From the NCBI GenBank assembly GCA_020632795.1, contig JACKEV010000023.1:5775-69774 (forward strand): a stretch of 64,000 nucleotides of DNA, given 5' to 3'. The translations under genes and the position numbers were made by a program. Shown here in pieces: positions 34,707 through 43,913 of the stretch. Below the pieces are notes generated by a model. It was given only the letters and a program-made list of their open reading frames with translations. It was not told the origin of the DNA and ran no database searches. How positions within the stretch are numbered: position 1 is the first letter of the stretch; the number at the start of each line of letters is the position of its first letter. This DNA comes from Alphaproteobacteria bacterium (GTDB lineage Bacteria; Myxococcota_A; UBA796; CAJQPC01).

Positions 34707-36064
34707 GGGGTCCCGTAGGCGTCGAGGGTGATGAAGAGGCCGAGCATGGACTCGACGTTGCGGCCGTTGTCCCGGAAGTCGGTCCACAGGGCGTCGAACT
34801 CGCCCTGCTCGCAGGAGTAGGGGTCGCGGCGCATCAGGTAGCGCCAGAACAGCCCCGTGATGTTGCGGGAGAAGTCGTCGGAGGCCACCGCCGCCTGCAC
34901 CCAGTCCTCGGGGCCGTCGATGGGCGCGCCGAAGATCCAGCCCTCGGTGGTGGGCAGGATGTCGGCGGCGCGATCGTCCAGGTAGATCGCGGTGGTGTCG
35001 CCCTCCAGGTCGATGCCGTTGTACCGGGCCCAGGGGTAGCTCAGAGCGTCGAGGGTGGTGTGGCAGCCCGCGCAGCCCTCCTGCCAGACGCCCCGGTCGT
35101 CGACGTCGCGGGGGGCGTCCCAGCTGTAGAGGCCGTCCAGCTCGTCGATGGAGTAGAGGCCCTCGGAGCGGGCGATGTCCAGGCCCAGGAGCTGGCGGTA
35201 CCAGTGGGCGGCCAGGGTGCGGGGCACGGCCGAGAACATGACGTTCATGGCCAGGGAGTAGCGGGTGGTGATCAGCCCGTAGCGGTCCTCGGCGGCGAGG
35301 GGCTGGGCGTAGGTCTCCAGGCTGTCCCGGGGCTCGTCGATGGCGACGAGCACGCCGCTGCCGGAGGGCTCCTCGACCACCAGGTAGTCCGCGAGCATCA
35401 GGTCGGCGGCGTCGCGGTCGCCGCTCAGGGCGTAGGACCACAGGCGCAGGTCCCACTCCCAGTTGCCGAGGATGTTGACGTCGGTGGCCGGGCCGATGGG
35501 GCGCACCGCGCGCACACCCATCTCGCGCAGCACGTCGCGCCAGTAGGGGGACTGGAGGCAGAGGCCCAGGACCTCCTGCAGGGCGGCGTCGGGGTCGGTG
35601 GCCTCGGCGAAGGCGGCGCGCTCGTCGTAGCGGGGGCTGCGCCCGCAGAAGTCGAGCATCACCCGGCGGAAGGCGAAGTCGTGGTCGTAGGCGCCGACGC
35701 TGTAGTGCTTGTTGTCGAAGGTGGTCTGGGTGCTGCACTCGGGCTCGATCGTGCTGTCGAAGCCCGGCCAGGAGCCGGCGTCCAGCTCGTCGACGTTGCT
35801 CACGCCGTCGCCGTCGGCGTCGTCGAAGGCGATGGCCTCCAGGGCGGCGGGCAGGGCGAGGGCGAAGTCATCCCCCTCCAGGGCGTCGGCGAGGGCGGCG
35901 CCGTAGGGGTTGTGGGCCGGCGGGCCGCTCTCGGCGTGGCACATCGTGCAGGACACGGTGGACGAGACGCAGAACGGGGTGTCCGCGTAGGTCTCGCAGA
36001 ACAGCGCGGGGGCCTCGGGCCGGGCCCAGGCGCTCGCCGACAGGACCAGCAGCAGCGCGCTCAC
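34703..36064 (-). CDS. secreted protein with two CxxCH haem-c motifs (PSCyt/DUF1588-DUF1592-like) and a thrombospondin-type Asp-rich repeat
   Basis: The track ORF is trimmed to GTG 36064 (GTGA overlap). It has a signal peptide, CTMCH near the N-terminus and CAGCH later, plus DDADGDGVSNVDELDAG. It is a typical partner of DUF1501 genes. Confidence 0.6.
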   Translation of the reverse strand: MSALLLVLSASAWARPEAPALFCETYADTPFCVSSTVSCTMCHAESGPPAHNPYGAALADALEGDDFALALPAALEAIAFDDADGDGVSNVDELDAGSWPGFDSTIEPECSTQTTFDNKHYSVGAYDHDFAFRRVMLDFCGRSPRYDERAAFAEATDPDAALQEVLGLCLQSPYWRDVLREMGVRAVRPIGPATDVNILGNWEWDLRLWSYALSGDRDAADLMLADYLVVEEPSGSGVLVAIDEPRDSLETYAQPLAAEDRYGLITTRYSLAMNVMFSAVPRTLAAHWYRQLLGLDIARSEGLYSIDELDGLYSWDAPRDVDDRGVWQEGCAGCHTTLDALSYPWARYNGIDLEGDTTAIYLDDRAADILPTTEGWIFGAPIDGPEDWVQAAVASDDFSRNITGLFWRYLMRRDPYSCEQGEFDALWTDFRDNGRNVESMLGLFITLDAYGTP

Positions 36065-36777
36065 CCGTAGCTGGCCCCCTCCGGCGCGCAGAGGCCGGTG
36101 AAGCCGAGGTCGAAGCAGGTCTGGCCGATCGGGCAGGTGCTGTCGTCGGGCACGCAGAGCAGCGCGCAGCTCGGGTGGTCCAGGCCGACGTCGTAGCAGA
36201 TCGTGGTCACCCCGGAGGTGCCGGCGGGCGGGGGCGGGCAGGAGCCGTCGTCGCACCAGGGCAGGCAGGCGCCCTCGTCGATGCCCAGGTAGTCGCCGCC
36301 GAAGCAGGAGGACGCCTCGGGGCAGTCGGTGCCGTCGACGTTGGGGTGGGAGCAGGTCCCGTAGAAGCCCGCGGAGCCGTAGGGCTCGCCCGCGCAGAGG
36401 GAGAGGCCGTCCTCGGGGGGCTCGGGCATGCAGTCGAGGGCCTCGGGGCAGGAGTCCGGCTCGCCGCAGGCCCGCGCGCAGCGGCCGTTGGTCATGCACT
36501 GCGTCTCGAAGGGCAACGCACCGTCGAGGTCGCAGGCCGGGTCGGCGGGCTCCAGCGGGTCGCAGGGCGGGGCGCAGTACAGGCCGCCGAAGCCGGGGAC
36601 CGTGGTGCAGGCCGCACCCGCGTCGCACTCGGCGTCGCTCACGCAGGGGACGTAGGCCGACCCCATCCATGGGAGGTAGCCGTCGTCCGCGGGGGCGGTG
36701 TCGACGACCGGGTCGGGGTCGGGGTCGGGCTCGCTGGCGGGGGTGCAGGCGAGGACGAGGGCGAGGAGGGGCAGCAT
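36061..36777 (-). CDS. cysteine-rich secreted lipoprotein
   Basis: 238-aa ORF. The lipobox is LVLAC. Many spaced Cys residues occur (CVSDAECDAGAAC, CAPPC, CARAC, ...). Confidence 0.6.
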   Translation of the reverse strand: MLPLLALVLACTPASEPDPDPDPVVDTAPADDGYLPWMGSAYVPCVSDAECDAGAACTTVPGFGGLYCAPPCDPLEPADPACDLDGALPFETQCMTNGRCARACGEPDSCPEALDCMPEPPEDGLSLCAGEPYGSAGFYGTCSHPNVDGTDCPEASSCFGGDYLGIDEGACLPWCDDGSCPPPPAGTSGVTTICYDVGLDHPSCALLCVPDDSTCPIGQTCFDLGFTGLCAPEGASYG

Positions 36778-36899
36778 GAGGGGGCATTCTACCCGAAGGT
36801 CGATGGTGTCGAGGTCTTGGATGGGGTGATGGGGGTCAGGAAGATGTCATCGGTGTCTTGGGAGCGCGGTCGGCTCGATCTTCTCGATCCTGGAGGCGT

Positions 36900-37075
36900 C
36901 GTCGGGAGGGCGTCGGCGCTGGTGCTCGGTGCTGGTGCTCGGTGGACGCTCGACGCGCGGGACGTCGGCGGGCGGGCGTCGGCGCTGGTGCTCGGTGGGC
37001 GCTCGGGACGTCGGCGGCGGGCGGGCGTCGGCGCTGGTGCTCGGTGGACGCTCGACGCTCGGAACGGCGTCGTCA
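36900..37075. repeat. degenerate tandem repeats in a long intergenic spacer
   Basis: The core gggcgtcggcgctggtgctcggtg recurs at 36908, 36974 and 37023. gggacgtcggcgg..gggcggg and ctcggtggacgctcgacgc each occur twice. Confidence 0.8.
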
Positions 37076-37299
37076 CCCGAAGCACCGCCCCTGCGCCCTG
37101 GACGGCTCCGTGGGGCTCCACCCGGGGACCGTTCGTCGGTCCCCGTCCGGGGGACCTCCTCTCTCGTCTTCGCATCGGCCTTCGTTCGTCCGAGAACTCC
37201 CGGCCTCGCTCAGGCGTCCCCGGATGGAGCCCCACTGCGCCTGCGGGCTTCGGGGCTGTTCGCGACCTCGGAGCGTAGTCCCCGGAGGCTCCTGGCGCG

Positions 37300-37480
37300 A
37301 GGCGGCGGAGGTGGCAACGGTGGCAACGGCGGCACAGGGGGAGGCGGGCGGCACGGGCGGGGCAGGTGGCGCTGGTGGCACGGGCGGCACGGGCGGGAGG
37401 CGGCACGGGCGGCACGGGCGGGGCGGGCGGCACAGGCGGCACGGGCGGGGCGGACGGCACGGGCAGCGCAGGCGACGCTC
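37300..37480. repeat. GGC-rich short-period repeat (ggcacgggc / ggcggcacg units)
   Basis: About 15 iterations of 9-nt-like units, with occasional 1-nt slips that break every reading frame. Confidence 0.75.
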
Positions 37481-37579
37481 GCGGCGCTCGTAGCTGGTGG
37501 TGGTGGGCGCTGAAGGGCGCGGGGCACGGCTGGCGCCTGTTCGTGCTACGGTCGTCGGGCTTCCAGGACGTCGAAGCCG

Positions 37580-38551
37580 ATGCGCCGCATCCTCCGCAAC
37601 CTCGCCTTTGCCCTGCTCACCACGGTGCTCTTCTTCGGGCTGACCGAGGGGGTGCTGCGCTTGGCGTTCCCGATCGCGCGCACGGCCAGCCTGCCCGACG
37701 GCATGATCCGGGACCACCTGCGGGCCACCGCGTTCCGCTACGACCCGGACCTGTACTGGACCTGGAAGGATCTGCCCGAGCCCGGCCAGCCGCCGCGCGG
37801 GGAGATGCAGATCAATGCCTACGGCTTCCGGCGGGTGAAGCCCATGACCGTGGCGAAGCCGTCGGGGACCTGGCGGGTGTTCACGTTCGGGGACAGCCAG
37901 ACCCTGGGCGCGGGCGTGGGCCCCGAGGAGACGTACTCGGCGTTCGCCGAGCAGGCCCTGGGGGAGGACTGGGAGGTCATCAACGCGGGGATCTCGGGCT
38001 ACCGGACGTTGAACGTCTACCGGCTGCTGCGGCTGCACGTCGAGCAGTTCCAGCCCGACGTCCTGGTCGTCGACTGCATGCCCTTCGACAGCCCCCGCGA
38101 CGACGGGCCGCTGGTGGGGCGCTCCCGGGGGCGCGTGTTCGACCGGATCCGGGGCTTCTTCTTCGAGAGCCACATCTACTACACGCTGCGGCTGCTGACC
38201 GGCAAGCTGCGCCCCGACCGCGCCCGCTGGCTGGACCAGGCCGACCCGGGCATGACCCGCAGCCGCGAGGGCCTGGGCAACCACGACCTCATCGCGGAGT
38301 GGGCCGACGCGCGCGGGGTGAAGACGGTGTTCATGACCTACGCGGTGTCCACGGAGGGCTGGGGCTACGGCTGCCACACCCGGGACGGCGAGCTGCCCGA
38401 GGGCTACCCACTGTTCGACGCCTGCGCGGTGGTGGCCGAGTCCGGGCAGCCCGCCCAGACCCTCTTCCAGGACCGCAACCACCTGACCGTGGCGGGCAAC
38501 CAACTGGTGGGCGGAGCGCTGGCGGACCTGCTGCGGGGCCTCCGCCCTTGA
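37580..38551 (+). CDS. SGNH/GDSL-family hydrolase with N-terminal membrane anchor
   Basis: 323-aa ORF. Block I is VFTFGDSQTLG. The N-terminal TM helix is LAFALLTTVLFFGL. DRNHLT lies near the C-terminus. Confidence 0.7.
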   Translation: MRRILRNLAFALLTTVLFFGLTEGVLRLAFPIARTASLPDGMIRDHLRATAFRYDPDLYWTWKDLPEPGQPPRGEMQINAYGFRRVKPMTVAKPSGTWRVFTFGDSQTLGAGVGPEETYSAFAEQALGEDWEVINAGISGYRTLNVYRLLRLHVEQFQPDVLVVDCMPFDSPRDDGPLVGRSRGRVFDRIRGFFFESHIYYTLRLLTGKLRPDRARWLDQADPGMTRSREGLGNHDLIAEWADARGVKTVFMTYAVSTEGWGYGCHTRDGELPEGYPLFDACAVVAESGQPAQTLFQDRNHLTVAGNQLVGGALADLLRGLRP

Positions 38552-38582
38552 CGATCGCCGCCGCGGTGCCCACACCAGGGGC

Positions 38583-39224
38583 ATGATCCGCGACGACTTC
38601 GTGCTCCGCCTCATCCGACAGGCCGCCCGCTCGGTCGCCCGCGCCCTGGGGCTCGCCCGCCAGCAGGAGCAGCCCGAGGCCTTCGCCACCCTGGAGGACG
38701 CCGCCCGGGGGCAGGTGGGCCTGGCCCTGAGCGTGGCGGACGTGCTGCCCGCGGATCAGGTGCTCGCCCTGCTGAGCGGCACCGAGGGCCTGGACGTGGG
38801 CCGGGCGGCGGCGTTCGCGGCCCTGCTCGGCGCGCGCGCGACCATCGCGCAGGACCAGGGTGACCTGGAGCGCTTCCGGATCTCCGGCGTGCGGGCCCTG
38901 GAGCTGTGGGCCGGCGCGGTGGAGGCCGGCCTGCCCACCGACGACACCGACGTAGGCGCGCGCATGGACGCGCTGGCGCAGGCGTTGGGTCCGGCGCAGC
39001 TCGCGCCCCAGGTGCTGGCCGCGCTGGCCACCTACGCGGCGCGCCAGGGTCGGCTCGCCGACGCCGAGGACTGGCTGGGCGTGATGCTGGATCGCTGCCA
39101 GCCCGGCGCGGTCGAGCAGGCCCGCGCCTTCTATGGCCGGCTCCTGTCCCGCCCCGAGGCCGAGTTGGAGGCCGGCGGGCTGACCCGCGACGAGGTTCGA
39201 CAGGGGCTCGCGTCGCTGACGTAG
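38583..39224 (+). CDS. hypothetical helical protein
   Basis: 213-aa ORF with good GC3 bias. No motif recognised. Confidence 0.5.
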   Translation: MIRDDFVLRLIRQAARSVARALGLARQQEQPEAFATLEDAARGQVGLALSVADVLPADQVLALLSGTEGLDVGRAAAFAALLGARATIAQDQGDLERFRISGVRALELWAGAVEAGLPTDDTDVGARMDALAQALGPAQLAPQVLAALATYAARQGRLADAEDWLGVMLDRCQPGAVEQARAFYGRLLSRPEAELEAGGLTRDEVRQGLASLT

Positions 39225-39234
39225 ACTGCCCCGC

Positions 39235-40560
39235 ATGGCCGACACCCGCGTCCGCGACGCCGCCGCGATCGGCGCCCTGCTCTTCGGGGCGCACCTGCTG
39301 CGCTTCGCGGACACGATGTACGCGGCGGACGACGCCTGGATCGTCTTCCGGGTCGCCCGCAACTGGCTGGCCACCGGGGTCCCCGCCTTCGACCTGACCC
39401 GCCCCGTCGTGGAGGGGGCCACCAGCCCGATGTGGACCGTGCTGTCCGCCGCCTTCGGTGAAGACCCCATCGGTCCGGCCCGCGTCCTCGGGGGTCTGTT
39501 CGGGATCCTGGCGGTGTTCCTGGCCGCGCGGGCCGCCGGATCGGTGCGGGGTGCGGCCGGGGTGGGCCTGGCCCTGGCGGCTTGCGGGGGGTTGGCCTTC
39601 CACGCGGTCAACGGCCTGGAGACGGGTCTGTGGGTGATGCTGGTGGTGATCGCCGCGCTGGGGCACCGGTCGGCGCTCTTCCTGCTCCCCTGGTGTCGCC
39701 CCGAGGGGGTGCTGGTGGGCCTGATCGCCGCGCGGGACCGGCGGGGGCTGGCGCTGCTCGCGCTGGGCGCGGTGACGGTGGGGGCGTGGCGGTGGTTCCA
39801 CTTCGGGGCGCTCGTCCCGAACACCTTCCTGGCCAAGCCCCCGGCTCCGGCGCAGGGCCTGGCGTATGTCGGGGCCTGGGTCGTGGCGCTGGGGGGCGCG
39901 CCGGTGCTGGCGCTGTTCACCCGCCGGTGGCGGTGGATCGCGCTCATCGGGGTGACGGCGGCGGGGGTGGCGTGGTCGGGCGGGGACTGGATGCCGGGGC
40001 AGCGGCGGCTGGCGGAGGCGAGCGTGCTGGTGGCGCTCGCGCTGGGGTCCTCCTTCCGAAAGCCCGGCGTCATCGGCCTCGTCGCGATGATCCTCGGCGG
40101 CCTGACGGCGGCCTGGCGGGGCATGGATCACGCGGCGTACTACCACGGGGAGCTGGCGGCGGTGGGGGCCCTGGCCGCACAGACCACGGCGATCACCCGC
40201 ATCGCGGCGTTCGACATCGGCCGGCTGGGCTGGGTGTTCCCCGGCTCCATCTACGATCTGGCCGGCCTGACCGACGCCCGCCTGGCGAGGCGCCCCGGGG
40301 CCCACGGCCAGAAGGGCTGGGACAGCCCGTACTTCGACCGCCAGTCCCCGGAGCTGGTCCTGCTGACCGGCGCGGGGGACCCGGCGCATCCGGTCTTCAT
40401 CAACGCCGAGCAGGCCGCCTGGGACGCCCTCAACGGGCGCGGGGACTACGAGCTGCTGGGGCCGGTGGCGGTGGGGCGGGATCATCTGTTTGTGCTGGTT
40501 CGGGAGGACGTGGTGCTGCCGCCGGAGGTCTGGGCGGGGTGGGAGGAGCGGGTGCGGTGA
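39235..40560 (+). CDS. polytopic membrane protein (tentatively GT-C glycosyltransferase-like)
   Basis: 441-aa ORF with about 10 hydrophobic helices. An early extracytoplasmic-loop motif AADDAWI resembles GT-C catalytic loops. The family call is tentative. Confidence 0.55.
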   Translation: MADTRVRDAAAIGALLFGAHLLRFADTMYAADDAWIVFRVARNWLATGVPAFDLTRPVVEGATSPMWTVLSAAFGEDPIGPARVLGGLFGILAVFLAARAAGSVRGAAGVGLALAACGGLAFHAVNGLETGLWVMLVVIAALGHRSALFLLPWCRPEGVLVGLIAARDRRGLALLALGAVTVGAWRWFHFGALVPNTFLAKPPAPAQGLAYVGAWVVALGGAPVLALFTRRWRWIALIGVTAAGVAWSGGDWMPGQRRLAEASVLVALALGSSFRKPGVIGLVAMILGGLTAAWRGMDHAAYYHGELAAVGALAAQTTAITRIAAFDIGRLGWVFPGSIYDLAGLTDARLARRPGAHGQKGWDSPYFDRQSPELVLLTGAGDPAHPVFINAEQAAWDALNGRGDYELLGPVAVGRDHLFVLVREDVVLPPEVWAGWEERVR

Positions 40561-40563
40561 GGG

Positions 40564-41259
40564 TCACGCCTCTTCGTCGTCGTCCTCGTCTTCCTCATAG
40601 GGACTGTACAGCTCGCAGGCGCGGGCCATGAGCCCGCGGTCGAGCATGTCCTCGATGGCGCGGACCATGAGGGGCTCCACGACCCGCTCCACGAGGATCG
40701 AGTCGATCGTCCAGTGGTAGAGGCCGCCGTCGCGCTCACCGGTGTGTTTGTCCTTGTCCATGATCCACTGGATGTTGCGGAGCGTGAAGAAGGTGGGGAT
40801 GTAGCGCTCGCCGGTCTCCAGGGTGATGTCCACGTCCAGGTTGACGTCGTCGGGATCCCATGGACGGTACGCGATGATTTTGCAGGTGTAGGCGGGGCGC
40901 TGGGCGAGCGGTGAGGACTCCGGGATCGCGTCCATGCGCTCAAAGGGTCCCTCCAGACAGCTCGTACACAGCATGTGCCACACCGCTCGGCGGATCCGAT
41001 CCCGGGTCAGGCGCTCCAGGAAGACCATGCGCGGCGCCCAGAAGTAGCGCCCCCCGAGGCAGTCCCCGGTCTCCCGGTCCCGCTCGGTCTGTTGGCGGAC
41101 GTGCTCCAGGGTGAGGAAGGTCGCGGCGTAACGGGGGCCGCCGGCGAGCTGGACCTCCACGGGGATGCGACCTGCGACCTCGTCCCAGGGGATGTCGGGG
41201 AGGTGGAGGGTGTAGTCGGGCGCGCCCACCCCCGCGTGGGGGAATGAATCATTGTCCAT
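40564..41259 (-). CDS. immunity-like protein with an internal tandem duplication (2 x about 100 aa) and acidic tail
   Basis: 231-aa ORF. Half 1 is ...VEVQLAGGPRYAATFLTLEHVRQQTERDRETGDCLGGRYFWAPRMVFLERL. Half 2 is ...DVDITLETGERYIPTFFTLRNIQWIMDKDKHTGERDGGLYHWTIDSILVERV. Confidence 0.55.
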   Translation of the reverse strand: MDNDSFPHAGVGAPDYTLHLPDIPWDEVAGRIPVEVQLAGGPRYAATFLTLEHVRQQTERDRETGDCLGGRYFWAPRMVFLERLTRDRIRRAVWHMLCTSCLEGPFERMDAIPESSPLAQRPAYTCKIIAYRPWDPDDVNLDVDITLETGERYIPTFFTLRNIQWIMDKDKHTGERDGGLYHWTIDSILVERVVEPLMVRAIEDMLDRGLMARACELYSPYEEDEDDDEEA

Positions 41260-41400
41260 GATGTCTCTCCTCAGGAACGAATCCTCTCATGTCTGTTGTC
41301 GTGTTCAGGCCGATGGCCGCCCCTCCCAGGATCTCCGTGTCCCCACCGAACGACGCCATCCTCTGGCGGGCGGCCTGCTCGGAGCGGTGAACGCACGCGA

Positions 41401-41967
41401 TCAGATCGAGGTCCATCGGTCGTCTCCATCCTGTCCGTTGCTCAGCTCCCGAATCCAGAACGCCGCCACCTCCCGCCCCTCGGGCCCCGGCCGGGCCAGG
41501 ACGTGCTCCCGCAGCGCCGCACGAATCCGCTCCGCCAGCTCTGGCGCCAACGACCCGCAGAGCCCCAACAGGTCGATGCTGATGAGCCGCGCCGTCGGAT
41601 CCCCTCCAGCGAGGTGGCTCATGTAGAGCGGGTAGCCCCGCACGATCTCCTGCTCCACCGCGGCGACCAGGGCGTGGTAGCCAGCCGGTGGATCCAGCGG
41701 CGCCTCGTCCGCCGAGGTCATCTGCTGGAGCAGCTCCAGCAGGAAGGGCACGCCCCGCCGAGCGCAGCGGGCGAGGCCCAGCACCCCTGCCGCCGCCATC
41801 GGCCGTGCGATGGGCTGCAGCACGCCCTCCACGATGGCCTTGTTCTCCAGCCGCCAGTAGACCGGGTCCAGCGCACTGTGCTGAGGCGCGCGGCAGAGCA
41901 GCTCGAGGTCGGCGAGGGTGGCCTCGTCGGGGTGGTGGGGGTCGGGTGGTGGTCCAGAGGGCGGCAT
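41401..41967 (-). CDS. helical-repeat immunity-like protein (family H, copy 2)
   Basis: 188-aa ORF. It shares VRGYPLYMSHLAGGDPTARLISIDLLGLCGSLAPELAERIRAALREHVL with 44988..45542. Confidence 0.6.
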   Translation of the reverse strand: MPPSGPPPDPHHPDEATLADLELLCRAPQHSALDPVYWRLENKAIVEGVLQPIARPMAAAGVLGLARCARRGVPFLLELLQQMTSADEAPLDPPAGYHALVAAVEQEIVRGYPLYMSHLAGGDPTARLISIDLLGLCGSLAPELAERIRAALREHVLARPGPEGREVAAFWIRELSNGQDGDDRWTSI

Positions 41968-42062
41968 CGTGGGTATATGTTTGGAATTTGTGGAGGTTCA
42001 GGGGTGCCTTCCAGGAACGGTTGGCGTGCGCGGTGGAGGGCATGTCCCGACTCACTTCCGGC

Positions 42063-42758
42063 TCAGGGTGTCGTCGAAGGCCCATACGGAAAAGGCCCGC
42101 TCCCCGCAGGAAATCGCACCAGATGGTCGAAGTACCCCTCACGACGCAGCCCCTCCACAGCGCGCTCCATCTGCTCGGGCGTCACCCGCTCCACGATGAT
42201 GAGCGCAGGGTCCGCGAGGTGCTCCGGTCCGTACTCATCGGCCGATCCGATGTCACAAGAGACGCCGACGGGATCGTAGAAGTAGAGGGGGATGAAGGAG
42301 CCATCGGGGAACTCGGCCTGGGCCCAGGCGCAGTAGCTCCGGGCTTCAGACTCGTAGGCCTCCCGCTCTCCGAAGCCCTCGTCAAAGACGAGCCTCGGCC
42401 CGGTGTCGGCCGACCGGTCGCCTGCGGTTTCGCCGGGCCCTCCAGGAGGAGGCCTCGCCACGACCTCATCGAAGAAGTGCTCCCTGTACATGCCCTCCAC
42501 CGCGCGCGCCATCCGCTCCCGGGTCACGCGAGGGAGGACGACGAGACCGGGGACAGCGAGCCAGGTCTGCCCCCTCTCTGAGCGGGCCTGCATCTCCTGC
42601 TCCAGGCGGACGAGGTCGTAGAAGACGAGCGGGACGAAGGAGCCGTCGGGGAACTCGGCCTGGGCGAGGTCGCAGAAGCCTCGGGTCTCGCACTCGTGGG
42701 CATCTCTCTCTCCAAAGGGGGTGGTGAAGACGAGCCTGGGTTGTGGGGTCGTGGGCAT
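42063..42758 (-). CDS. immunity-like protein with two tandem family-B domains
   Basis: The track ORF is trimmed to ATG 42758. The two halves begin PRLVFTTPFGERDAHECETRGFCDLAQAEFPDGSFVPLVFYD and PRLVFDEGFGEREAYESEARSYCAWAQAEFPDGSFIPLYFYD. Confidence 0.65.
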   Translation of the reverse strand: MPTTPQPRLVFTTPFGERDAHECETRGFCDLAQAEFPDGSFVPLVFYDLVRLEQEMQARSERGQTWLAVPGLVVLPRVTRERMARAVEGMYREHFFDEVVARPPPGGPGETAGDRSADTGPRLVFDEGFGEREAYESEARSYCAWAQAEFPDGSFIPLYFYDPVGVSCDIGSADEYGPEHLADPALIIVERVTPEQMERAVEGLRREGYFDHLVRFPAGSGPFPYGPSTTP

Positions 42759-42901
42759 GGTGTCGTCCTGGTATTGGATTGTGGTGAAATGGTTGAACGT
42801 GGCCTGGCAAAGTTCAAGGCCGGGCTGCGGGCGCAGGTGTTCTGGTGACGATGGGTTCGTCCGTCGTGGTTCCTGGTCGTCGTCCTGTGTGGGGACGACT
42901 C

Positions 42902-43312
42902 CTAGGTCGGGTGCCCGATGGTCAGGCTTCGAGCGGTGAGGTCCAACCGGATGGTCTTGAACTCGCCTGAGTCGGTCCACTCGGTGGTCGTGAGCCCGAA
43001 GCTCACCGTGAAGCCAACCGCGGCAGGAGAGACCTCCATATCCTCGATTCGGACCTCTCCACCGACAAACGGGATCTGACAGTACAGATGCTCGATCCCG
43101 TCGAAGCGGATCCACCCCGAGCTGACGTCATGGGTGACCAGCCCGCTGAAGACATCGTCGACATGGAGCTCGACCCGTCGACGGGCGTAGTCCTGGATCA
43201 ACCGCTCGATCAGAGCGTCGTGGAAGCCACCGTACTCGGCGAGCAGCCGGATCGCCGCGTGGTGGTCGGATGCAAGGCGAAGGGTCGGGTTGGTGGTGTG
43301 GTCAGGGGGCAT
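42902..43312 (-). CDS. small hypothetical (immunity-like) protein
   Basis: The track ORF 42902..43351 is trimmed to ATG 43312. No paralog exists in the window. Confidence 0.45.
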   Translation of the reverse strand: MPPDHTTNPTLRLASDHHAAIRLLAEYGGFHDALIERLIQDYARRRVELHVDDVFSGLVTHDVSSGWIRFDGIEHLYCQIPFVGGEVRIEDMEVSPAAVGFTVSFGLTTTEWTDSGEFKTIRLDLTARSLTIGHPT

Positions 43313-43469
43313 AGACTTCTCTCGTGTCGACCTGGTCGAACAGGGAGGCACCTGGGGTGTCTCGGAGTTGGTGGGGTCGGGTGGCCTCCCCCCTTGGTTG
43401 TGAATCTGTTGGTCATGATCGTCTTCTGTCGCGGAACAGTGTTCCGCTCACCCGCAGTTCGCGGAGCGC

Positions 43470-43835
43470 TCACGGAACGTCGACCAATCTCGGATCCACC
43501 AGATCGGACATGGCGACGCCCTGGGACTTGATGAAGTCCTCGGCCTCCTCGGCCGTGCGAAACCGAAAGACGTCGAGTCGACGATAGTCGTCACCAATCT
43601 CATAGATCCCCGACTCGTGGACCTCGCGGTCGAGTTCGATGATGTGGACGCAATACGGAGTGGTCAGATTGCTGGCCTCGTACTTGTATGCGCTGTGTTC
43701 GGGACAGTCGTGCAGCACTTCCAGGATTCGCATGTTTGGAATGAGTTTCTCTGCGATCAACCAGCCGAGGTACTTCTTGGAGTTGGTGGGGATTCGGATG
43801 GCCCCGCCCCAGTCGGAGAGGAATCGACGTCGCAT
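43470..43835 (-). CDS. family-A immunity-like protein, copy 1 (121 aa)
   Basis: MRRRFLSDWGGAIRIPTNSKKYLGWLIAEKL... It is collinear with the copies at 43914..44279 and 47651..48016. Confidence 0.7.
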   Translation of the reverse strand: MRRRFLSDWGGAIRIPTNSKKYLGWLIAEKLIPNMRILEVLHDCPEHSAYKYEASNLTTPYCVHIIELDREVHESGIYEIGDDYRRLDVFRFRTAEEAEDFIKSQGVAMSDLVDPRLVDVP

Positions 43836-43913
43836 GTCTGGAGCTCCATCGAGAGGGTTGAATGGGTCGGTCCAATTCTTCCAGGATGTTCATACCCGCT
43901 GTGGGTCGAGGGA

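Noticed and set aside
36789-37513. Track ORFs across the intergenic repeats: the 223-aa Pro/Arg-rich minus-strand ORF and the Gly/Arg-rich plus-strand ORFs
   Set aside because: The repeat units slip by single nucleotides, so no frame keeps a consistent repeat peptide. The composition is that of non-coding GC-rich DNA. No RBS or family signal is present.
41249-42142. 297-aa minus-strand ORF spanning the family-H gene
   Set aside because: It is off-frame with respect to 41401..41967, which has a clear paralog at 44988..45542. Its translation is Arg/Gly/Ala-rich.
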